Below, in pieces: positions 8,277-15,551 of a stretch of DNA of 56,619 bases. Below the pieces are notes generated by a model, which ran no database searches, was not told where the DNA came from, and worked only from the letters and a program-made list of their open reading frames with translations. Made by a program: the position numbers and the translations under genes. The stretch comes from Deltaproteobacteria bacterium (lineage in GTDB: Bacteria > Desulfobacterota > BSN033 > UBA1163). The DNA lies in contig JBBIRM010000004.1 of assembly GCA_037441765.1 (NCBI GenBank), positions 1 through 56,619 of the forward strand, given 5' to 3'. Position 1 is the stretch's first letter; each line of letters begins with the position of its first letter.

Positions 8277-8596
8277 TCGAACCATCTTTTCTGGAGTGCA
8301 ATCCTTCGCCTCGGGATCAGGGCAACTGGGGCGAATCTTAAGGTGAAGGTGTTATCATTTCGATCTCGAAAGGTGAGGTTGAAAAGGGTGGTGTCCGCAC
8401 CATAATAATTGTCCCTGGTGATAAAAACCCTTTCCATTCTCTCGAAGGGAATCCTCAAATCCACCTTTTCAAATCCTTTTCCCTCTGAAATTTTGAAACA
8501 GAGATCTTTCCCTTCAATCCACAATTTGGCCTTCCTCCTTGTCCCTTTGATAGGAAGGCCTCCATAGTAATAAGCGCTACAGGGTCTTGGAATCAT
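8219..8596 (-). CDS. hypothetical protein (small beta-rich, PH/GRAM-like by eye)
   Basis: 125-aa ORF convergent with the radical SAM gene, overlapping its 3' end by 58 nt. I recognise no motif. Confidence 0.45.
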   Translation of the reverse strand: MIPRPCSAYYYGGLPIKGTRRKAKLWIEGKDLCFKISEGKGFEKVDLRIPFERMERVFITRDNYYGADTTLFNLTFRDRNDNTFTLRFAPVALIPRRRIALQKRWFDYLANLINSAGNCSPLSTR

Positions 8597-8627
8597 TCTT
8601 TCAGAAATATAGCATCTTTAAAATATT

Positions 8628-8656
8628 TTGACAATTTTCCCCTGGAGGATTATAAG
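8628..8656 (+). promoter_or_regulatory. sigma70-type promoter of the chorismate mutase gene
   Basis: TTGACA (8628-8633), a 17-nt spacer, then TATAAG (8651-8656). Confidence 0.5.
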
Positions 8657-8712
8657 TCTTAAAAGGGAAACCTATAATCTAAAAAGGCCCTTCGGAAGAA
8701 GGAGACCAAAGC

Positions 8713-8988
8713 ATGGGGTCAAAAAACTTAACCCACTCATTAAAAAAAAGAAGAAGAGAGATTGATCTAATCGATCAAAAATTATTAACCCTTCTCAACC
8801 GAAGAGTACGCACCGCACTAAAAATAGGTAAGATTAAGAGAAAGATAGGGGAGAAGATTTATAATCCAAGTAGAGAAGAAGAAATCCTAAGGAGACTCCG
8901 TCGCATCAATCGGGGTCCATTAAAGGATAAGGACCTTGAAAATATATTTAAAAAGATCATTCTCGTATGCCGAAGATCCCAATTATAA
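8713..8988 (+). CDS. chorismate mutase (AroQ type, monofunctional)
   Basis: 91 aa. RREIDLIDQKLLTLLNRRVRTALKIGKIK...IYNPSREEEIL matches the AroQ helical-bundle signature. An AAGGAG RBS is present. Confidence 0.8.
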   Translation: MGSKNLTHSLKKRRREIDLIDQKLLTLLNRRVRTALKIGKIKRKIGEKIYNPSREEEILRRLRRINRGPLKDKDLENIFKKIILVCRRSQL

Positions 8989-9021
8989 AACCTCGATGAT
9001 CTTTCCAAGGTTTTAATCCAG

Positions 9022-9320
9022 TTACTTTTTCTCCTCCCACTTTTTTAGTTCTTTTTTGATCCCTTCAAGTTTATCCCTGAATTCCTGTGTAACTGCCCTC
9101 GATTGAATTTGATCGGTAATGATATGGGGGATCATCAACAGGATCAATTCTGTCTTCTTATCCTGATAATCATGGTAGCCGAAAAGGGCACCCAGTATCG
9201 GAATCCTGCTCAAGAAGGGAAGGCCTGCCTTATCTCTCTTTCTCGAACTTTCAATAAGTCCACCAATCACTATCATCTGCCCCTCGGAAACAGACAGGGT
9301 GGTCTTTGCAGTCTTCTTCT
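9022..9320 (-). pseudogene. 3' fragment of a secretin gene (GspD/PilQ family)
   Basis: TTLSVSEGQMIVIGGLIE...GLPFLSRIPILGALFGY...KTELILLMIPHII is the conserved secretin C-terminus. The N-terminal ~400-600 aa expected for a secretin are absent. Confidence 0.75.
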
Positions 9321-9329
9321 TAAAGAATA

Positions 9330-9818
9330 GGAGGAGTCGTGTTGGAACAAAGCTCCAGGGCCAGAGGTCTCAAACCGCGTATAGAGCTTCCCCTTCTCTG
9401 AAGGGAGGGCATGATAGTAGCCATTTCTTAGTTCATAGAGTCTCAGAGTATTGCGACAAAAAGGTCGACCAAATTGTTTCTGAGCCTCCTCGGCTAAGAA
9501 GGCAAAGTTAAACCTCCCACGAAACAAATCCGCCTCCTGTCGGATGTATCGAAGCTCTCGGTCTAACCATTGTCTCACTTCCTCGCTCAACACATGGAAG
9601 GTATTATTCACCCTCTGCCACAAACGAAAAGGCCTCTTTCGGTTACCCCTAAGCCATCTCTTTCTTAGCTCATGAAGACGACTCCTTCGAACCCCTAAGA
9701 GTTTCATGGCTTCTTTCTCCGAGATACGATGCCTATTGAAGGAAGCAAGCACCTCCTCTACAAACTCCACAGGTAGCCTCTTATGAATCCTCTCTCTCAT
9801 CCCGAATCGATTCTCCAT
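9330..9818 (-). pseudogene. N-terminal fragment of an rve/DDE-type transposase (HTH part only)
   Basis: The HTH region (ISEKEAMKLLGVRRSRLHELRKRW) runs up to GPGALFQHDSS, where the first catalytic D region begins. The frame then runs into secretin-derived sequence, and the DDE core is missing. Confidence 0.65.
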
Positions 9819-9839
9819 AAGCGTCTCTCAAAAGACAAT

Positions 9840-10244
9840 CTAAACTTTTATCTCACCCAAAACAGCGAAGCCAAACTTATTAAAAAACTTAGAATTCCTT
9901 CTTATATCGGCTTTTATCTCACGAAGACAGAGGCAGGTTTTCTCTGTCAGTTCAATTGCTTTGCTTAACCTCTGGGCTTGTATCTCAGCAGTAGTCAACC
10001 CCTTTTGAACCTCTTTCTTCCTCTTCCTCCACTGCCTCTGATAATCAGGATGCTTCTGCCCCCAGGGTTTCACATAGTGCTCGTAATGGTTCTTCCAATC
10101 ATCTGGATTCTTCTTCCTGTAGAGCCGATTATTCTCCTGTTTTCTGAGCCGCTGGCATGCCTTGCAACAAGCCTTCTGACGATTGCCAACTCTCGGATCT
10201 GGATGAAAAACCTTCCCACAATAAAAACATCTCTTCATGGCCAT
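9840..10244 (-). CDS. zinc-ribbon, highly basic small protein, IS-associated accessory ORF
   Basis: CFYCGKVF...CCKACQ (CxxC...CxxC) followed by Lys/Arg/Trp-rich repeats. It lies 21 nt upstream of the transposase fragment on the same strand. An AAGGAGGG RBS is present. Confidence 0.55.
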   Translation of the reverse strand: MAMKRCFYCGKVFHPDPRVGNRQKACCKACQRLRKQENNRLYRKKNPDDWKNHYEHYVKPWGQKHPDYQRQWRKRKKEVQKGLTTAEIQAQRLSKAIELTEKTCLCLREIKADIRRNSKFFNKFGFAVLGEIKV

Positions 10245-10580
10245 CTTTAGAGCCCTCCTTACATAAACCCTCTCTCGGATATGCTTAAAGATGGCTCAGG
10301 GGAACTAAAAAACTCCAGACCCAATCGCCAAAGCCAGACCAGGAATTAAAACAGTTGAAGAGAAAAGGAATTCTTAAACCTGTCTGGCAACAGGCACAGG
10401 TAAATTGCCATAGTGAACAGATAAAAAAACCAATGGGTTAAAAGCTTACCTTGGTTTTCCACAATCCCCTAAAGTTATGAGTCTCCCCCCAGCCCCCCCA
10501 TTTCTACAACGATGATGTCAATAAATGATTTTTACAAAAAGTCCACAAATGATTCTTCCGTAACACTTAAAATTTTTTCT

Positions 10581-10609
10581 TTGACATATGCTCTTTATTC
10601 TTGTAAAGT
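10581..10609 (+). promoter_or_regulatory. sigma70-type promoter of the rbp-rpsU unit
   Basis: TTGACA (10581-10586), a 17-nt spacer, then TAAAGT (10604-10609). This leaves a ~110-nt leader containing two hairpins. Confidence 0.45.
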
Positions 10610-10727
10610 AAGTTAACAAAGACCTCTTTTTTAAGAGGAAATAACCGCAAGCTTTGTAAAAAGTTTTGGGAACCCCCAAGCTATTTAGAAAGCCACGGGG
10701 GTTTTAAATTTTCAAAGGAGGAAAAAG

Positions 10728-11021
10728 ATGGAAGAGAAGATTTACGTTGGGAATCTCCCATTTGGGGCGTCAGAAGATGAATTGAAGAACCTTTTTTCGC
10801 AGGCAGGAGAGGTCAAATCCGTTAAAATCATTACCGACCAATATTCAGGCCGGTCAAGAGGATTCGGCTTCATCGAAATGACCTCGCAAGCCGATGTAGA
10901 GAAGGCAATCTCTCTGCTGAACGGTAAGACCCTGATGGGCCAGACATTGGTTGTGAACAGAGCCAGACCCCAGAAAAAAAGAGGCGGTAACTTTAAAGGG
11001 AGAAGGGGCAGAACCCCTTAG
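10728..11021 (+). CDS. RRM-type RNA-binding protein
   Basis: RNP2 IYVGNL and RNP1 RGFGFIEM, with a short basic/Gly tail. An AAAGGAGG RBS is present. Confidence 0.9.
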   Translation: MEEKIYVGNLPFGASEDELKNLFSQAGEVKSVKIITDQYSGRSRGFGFIEMTSQADVEKAISLLNGKTLMGQTLVVNRARPQKKRGGNFKGRRGRTP

Positions 11022-11127
11022 ATTTGTTAGGGATTGAATAAGAGTTCTCAGAAAGTCCTATAAAGATTAGGAAGGTACATAAATTCATTTTAAATACTTT
11101 TTTATATCCTTCGATAAGGAGAACCCT

Positions 11128-11319
11128 TTGGAAGTAATAGTTCAAGACGGTCATATTGAGAATGCAATCAAATCTCTTAAGCGTCAACTCATCAAAGAAG
11201 GCATCTTAAAGGAGTTGAAGAAAAGGAGATCTTACGAAAAGCCCTCTGTAAAAAGGAAAAGAAAAAGGCAGGAGGCCAGGCGAAGGAGGCAGAAGGCTGC
11301 TCGAAGATCTTCAAGATAG
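11128..11319 (+). CDS. rpsU: 30S ribosomal protein S21
   Basis: 63 aa. The N-terminus and the KRRSYEKPS...RRRR tail are typical of S21. TTG start with an AAGGAG RBS 8 nt upstream. Confidence 0.85.
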   Translation: MEVIVQDGHIENAIKSLKRQLIKEGILKELKKRRSYEKPSVKRKRKRQEARRRRQKAARRSSR

Positions 11320-11360
11320 CGAGAATTTAGTTAGTATCTAAAAGGCGATCTCAGATCGGC

Positions 11361-12836
11361 CTAAGGGTTCTCAATAAAAGCATCTCTTAGGAGTTTGCTC
11401 TGTCTTAAAAAGGCCTGGCGTGGATTTTTCGTATCCTTCATCAATGAGATCTCCTGGGTAATTAGCCTGACTACATTAAGTAGGTAAGTCTCTGGTTTTT
11501 TTGCCTCCCTTTGATAGAGGGGATGTTGTTGATTGATGTAAATGACTGTTCCTTCGGTAAAACATTCAAGCCCTCCTTCACCGAAATCATCAATACAGAC
11601 CGAAACCCCAATTTCACCAAATCTCATTCTTTGAACAACTGCGTTGGGAGTCAGTCGTTTCACCTTGGGTGATCTCTTTCTAACCTTCTTTGGGGTTGAA
11701 AGGGGTCTCTCCTCCTTTTCTTCAGAGATGAGACTTACTTCGGTCTTCCCTTCCCCTTCAGACCTTTTTGAAATAGCAGCTGCCCCTCCGATTCCCTCTC
11801 CATCACCAGCCAGAGGAATGGCACCAAATGGGGAAAGATCAGGATTCAAAGCGAGGGCCCGATGAACCCTTTTAAGCGCCTCTTTTAAGGCTTTGTTAGC
11901 CTTCCGTTTCTCTTTACGGCCGGCCAACCTTTTTAAAACTGTATCGACTTCCCCTGCCACCTTCTCCATAACCTTTTTGAAGGCCTGGTATTGAGGACTA
12001 TCAAGAACAAATCCTGATCGGTCTGTGGTGACAGGTAGAAAATCAGCATAAACCTCTCCCCTTATCCTTGAAGCAACCTTCCCCCATTGTTCCAAGCCAA
12101 AAAGTTCCTTTTTAATGGTCACCTGCTTGACCTTTATATCCACTCCTAATTCTTCAGGTGAAGAACTCGAAGATGGGAGGATGATAATCTCCCCATGGAC
12201 AGGTCCGAATTCTGTTCCCTCGAGAAATGGAATTCTATGCCCGCTGAGGCTTCTTGGGGTAATCCTCATCCCATTGAGCCTGACAACAAACTTAGGTGCC
12301 TTTAAAGGGGTTCCCTCCACAATCTTTCGGACTACCTCTTCTGGATCAAACTCTCTGGTTAATCGGAGAAGCCTGACTGTAGTACCATCCCCTCTTTCTC
12401 GATCAGGGCTAAGAATCTCCAGAGGAAGGTTCCACTGATCTCCTTCTTTCTCCCACTCTTTTTTGTCAAAAGTCACCCTGGCAGCAAAATCACCTTTCTG
12501 GGTAATGACCTCAAAACACTCACAGGCAGAGAGGCTTGCAAATTTCCCAATGCCAAATTGACCAATTAGGTCTCGGTGAAAAACCGGAGATTTTGCTTTC
12601 CTCATCTTTTCCGTAGAACCGATATTGAAGTATTGCCTGAGCCCCTCCCTATCCATTCCCGTTCCATTATCTTTAACCTCGATCAACTCCTTACTAATTT
12701 TGATATCGACCTCGGTCGCATCTGCATCATAGGCATTATTCACAAGCTCACGGATCAGTTCAATACTCTCTGAATAAAGCCTCTCTCCAATGGTGATCAG
12801 GTGACTCTTATCGACGGTGACTGGAAGGTATTCCAT
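11361..12836 (-). CDS. GHKL-superfamily (HATPase_c / MORC-Hsp90-like) ATPase, no kinase domain
   Basis: Bergerat-fold motifs ELVNNAYDA (N box), DNGTGM (DxGxG) and GQFGIGKFAS. A Lys/Glu/Ser-rich linker and a ~90-aa C-terminal domain follow. The gene is monocistronic. Confidence 0.7.
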   Translation of the reverse strand: MEYLPVTVDKSHLITIGERLYSESIELIRELVNNAYDADATEVDIKISKELIEVKDNGTGMDREGLRQYFNIGSTEKMRKAKSPVFHRDLIGQFGIGKFASLSACECFEVITQKGDFAARVTFDKKEWEKEGDQWNLPLEILSPDRERGDGTTVRLLRLTREFDPEEVVRKIVEGTPLKAPKFVVRLNGMRITPRSLSGHRIPFLEGTEFGPVHGEIIILPSSSSSPEELGVDIKVKQVTIKKELFGLEQWGKVASRIRGEVYADFLPVTTDRSGFVLDSPQYQAFKKVMEKVAGEVDTVLKRLAGRKEKRKANKALKEALKRVHRALALNPDLSPFGAIPLAGDGEGIGGAAAISKRSEGEGKTEVSLISEEKEERPLSTPKKVRKRSPKVKRLTPNAVVQRMRFGEIGVSVCIDDFGEGGLECFTEGTVIYINQQHPLYQREAKKPETYLLNVVRLITQEISLMKDTKNPRQAFLRQSKLLRDAFIENP

Positions 12837-12923
12837 TTAAAAACATCCTTTAAATACTTGTTGTGAAGAAAAAAGGCCTGTTCGATATCGCTTAGGCTTG
12901 ATCCATCCATTTAAACTTCTTCC

Positions 12924-12979
12924 CATATTGCAATATGGGGAGCCCAACAAGATTAGAACCCGCATGACCGACGGGAGAG
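12924..12979 (-). pseudogene. degenerate copy of the 3' half of tRNA-Glu (anticodon loop to CCA) plus downstream palindrome
   Basis: Manual alignment with 25160-25215 gives 46/56 identity. The first 15 nt (catattgcaatatgg) are identical. The 5' half of the tRNA is absent. Confidence 0.7.
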
Positions 12980-13072
12980 AAAATTTTGGGGTCTTTTTTT
13001 CAATTCACGTTAATTAATTTTAAATGAGTAATAGATTGATGTCAAAAGGATTTTTTATTTAGGGAAACACCT

Positions 13073-13131
13073 CACTCATCTGGGAAATCGGGTAGGGATG
13101 TCGGAGAAAATCTTATAGCGGAAACCTTAGA
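13073..13131. repeat. 59-bp repeat, copy A (inverted relative to 24932-24990)
   Basis: cactcatctgggaaatcgggtagggatgtcggagaaaatcttatagcggaaaccttaga equals the reverse complement of 24932-24990 at 56/59. Confidence 0.85.
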
Positions 13132-13155
13132 GTGCTCCCTGACTAAAAGAATCAG

Positions 13156-13222
13156 CTTTATAGGATTTTCGGAGATATTTCTACCCGATTCATATAATCC
13201 CCCCTTCAGTGAGACATTACCC
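13156..13222. repeat. diverged inverted copy of the same repeat family, forming a long hairpin with 13073-13131
   Basis: ctttataggattttcggagatatttctacccgattc...cagtgaga is an imperfect reverse complement of copy A and is co-oriented with 24932-24990. Confidence 0.55.
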
Positions 13223-13271
13223 TTAAAGACTTCTGAGGAAAAATTAAAAAGATTAAGTTATTAAAGATTAC

Positions 13272-14504
13272 TTATTCGTAGACCTTTTCTTCCTCTCCTT
13301 CGAGGTCTCCGGCATCTCTCTCCACATCTCTTGAGCCATCTATTCGAGATAAAATCTCTTTGTAGTATTCATGTTGAATTAAGAGATCCATGATCTCGTT
13401 TGTCCCCGTCCAGATCATCTGAAGCCTTGCATCTCTAAAAAAACGTTCGATGGGATAGACATTGGTATATCCAATTCCTCCCATGATCTGCATCGAATGG
13501 TTCACAACCTCCCAGAGCATTTCAGTGGAGGTCTTTTTGGCTTCAGAGACCATTCGTCTTGAATCGAGTCCTTCGTCAACATATTTTGCTGTTACATAAA
13601 CCAGGCTACGGGCTGCGTCCAGTTTTGCAATGGAATCAGCCACCTTGAAGCTCACCCCTTGAAATCGGCGAATCAACTCTCCAAAGGCCTTTCTTCGATT
13701 ACTATATCGGACAGCAATCTCCAGGCAACATCTTGCCATTCCAAGTGCTCCTGCAGCCGTTGTCAGTCGTTCTGGAATCATCATTCGGTTAAAGACCAGA
13801 GCCCCTCCATGTTCAGGACCAACAAGATTTTCTTTGGGCACCCTGGTATCTCGAAAATAGAGACGGCCTGTTCCACCTCCCCTGGATCCTAAGAGGCCAT
13901 AAACGTGTTTAATCTCCACACCCATCTCCCTTTCAACAATAAAACAAGAGATGGATTTGTGAGGTTCATCTTCGGGGGCTGTCTTTGCATAGACCAAAAA
14001 GTAGTCTGCTCCCTCTGCACCCACCACAAAACGTTTCTGACCATTGAGAATGTAATAGTCTCCGTCTTTTTTGGCGAGGGTGGTGGCACCAAAAAAGTCA
14101 GAGCCTCCACGTGGCTCTGTCAGGGCCTCTGCACAACAGAGTTTTCCCTCAAGGGTAGGTTTTAGATATTTCTCTTTCTGTTCAGAAGTCCCAAAGGTGT
14201 GGATGGCTTCACCCACGATGCTCACCAGAGAGTAAAGGCAGGTCATCCCTGAACCGAGGACCCCTATTTCCTCAATGGCGGATACTTCTCCGGTCCACTT
14301 CATCTCTCTTCCCCCCCATTGTCTTGAAAAGCGAAGTCCAAGAAGATGTTCTTCTGCCAAACTCTTCATAAACTCTTTCGGATATTTTACTTGATCCTGA
14401 TCCATGGATCGAATGAGCGAACTTGGGACCTTTTCACGAACAAATCTACGAACCTCTTCCTGAAGTTTCTTTTCTTCCCCGGTCAAAAGAATTTCAAACA
14501 TCAC
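13272..14504 (-). CDS. acyl-CoA dehydrogenase
   Basis: 410 aa with typical ACAD N-terminal, middle and C-terminal organisation ([16 protein letters not shown]). The first codon is GTG, followed by ATG. Confidence 0.85.
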   Translation of the reverse strand: MMFEILLTGEEKKLQEEVRRFVREKVPSSLIRSMDQDQVKYPKEFMKSLAEEHLLGLRFSRQWGGREMKWTGEVSAIEEIGVLGSGMTCLYSLVSIVGEAIHTFGTSEQKEKYLKPTLEGKLCCAEALTEPRGGSDFFGATTLAKKDGDYYILNGQKRFVVGAEGADYFLVYAKTAPEDEPHKSISCFIVEREMGVEIKHVYGLLGSRGGGTGRLYFRDTRVPKENLVGPEHGGALVFNRMMIPERLTTAAGALGMARCCLEIAVRYSNRRKAFGELIRRFQGVSFKVADSIAKLDAARSLVYVTAKYVDEGLDSRRMVSEAKKTSTEMLWEVVNHSMQIMGGIGYTNVYPIERFFRDARLQMIWTGTNEIMDLLIQHEYYKEILSRIDGSRDVERDAGDLEGEEEKVYE

Positions 14505-14601
14505 TTTCCCCCTTCTGCAATTAAATCTTTGGAAAACTTAATGTGACTATGACTTTTTACCTAATCCCCTTTATCCTCAATTGAGTGAATAAATCAAGGT
14601 C

Positions 14602-15399
14602 TTAATCTCCAGGACAATGGCGTGTGCAGTTATCACAATGGTAATGAATGAAAAATTGGAGATACTGCATATACCTGAAGAAACTCGGGGATCTTATCAT
14701 TTCAATCTTGTCCGATATTAAAGGCTTTTCTGTCATCTCTATTAAAAAGCGCATAAAATTTCCGACATCGTTCGGTTGGCTTACTCTCACACATCGATGA
14801 CTTAACACATATCCTTCCTCTGTAAAGGCTTTTCCTGGGCAGGTTGAACGACAGTCATAGGTGCACGTCTTGCAAGGATCATATCCATAGATTGGATCAT
14901 CGGTTTCCAAATCTAAACTGTTTAGGAGCCCAAGAAACATCACCCGAGGTCCAAATTCTCGAGTTAATGCAAGGGTATTCTTCCCCCAAACCGCAAGGCC
15001 ACTTTGGACCGCGGCGTGGCGTAGAGAGACGCTTCCAATTGGATTTCGAAATGTCTCTTCGTTAATCTCAAAAGGGCGATGAGCCTGAACCAGGAATGAT
15101 TCAGCACCATATTCCCGTTCTATAAACCTTCCAAGGTGATAAGCCGCTGTATTCCCAGCAGACTCAACACAATATAGAAAGGAAGGCATCTTGCTCCAAG
15201 TATTATCTTCATAATGGTAGGCCCCTGCCAGAGGTTTAAAGGCCAGAACGATGATAGACCTTGCAGTAGGGAGGTAGCGATGGGGATCGGGTGATCTTGG
15301 ACTATTATAATCTCTGAGGTTTAAAAAACCGACAAGATCAGCCCCTAAGATCTTGGCCTTTTTCCGGATTCTTTCTTTCATAAGTGGTCTTTCCTTCAT
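14602..15399 (-). CDS. RdhA/QueG-family iron-sulfur protein (two 4Fe-4S motifs)
   Basis: CKTCTYDCRSTCP and CDNCTRHCP cluster motifs, with an N-terminus KKAKILGADLVGF typical of QueG/reductive-dehalogenase-like proteins. The ATG at 15399 has an AAGGAG RBS 6 nt upstream. The ORF track extends to 15495. Confidence 0.6.
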   Translation of the reverse strand: MKERPLMKERIRKKAKILGADLVGFLNLRDYNSPRSPDPHRYLPTARSIIVLAFKPLAGAYHYEDNTWSKMPSFLYCVESAGNTAAYHLGRFIEREYGAESFLVQAHRPFEINEETFRNPIGSVSLRHAAVQSGLAVWGKNTLALTREFGPRVMFLGLLNSLDLETDDPIYGYDPCKTCTYDCRSTCPGKAFTEEGYVLSHRCVRVSQPNDVGNFMRFLIEMTEKPLISDKIEMIRSPSFFRYMQYLQFFIHYHCDNCTRHCPGD

Positions 15400-15551
15400 T
15401 TTAGACTCCTTTCGATGATCCTTGGCTGAAAGCCCAACTTTATGGATAGAGAAAGAGGAAATGGGCTCAGATTCCAGAATTGGAACCAAAGCCACCCATA
15501 GAAATAGAATAGGATTTTAATCTAAGGTATCCAATTCTGTATAGAAATTTT

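Larger units (their letters stand above)
9321..10300 (-). mobile_element. truncated insertion-sequence remnant (accessory ORF plus transposase N-terminus); outer end not defined
   Basis: Combination of the two ORFs above. The inner end is the junction with the secretin stump near 9320-9330. No terminal inverted repeat could be paired because the other end is deleted. Confidence 0.55.

Noticed and set aside
10485-10499. C6-AG-C7 homopolymer tracts as a possible phase-variation switch.
   Set aside because: They lie in non-coding DNA of the decayed IS/upstream region, with no gene or promoter positioned to be affected.
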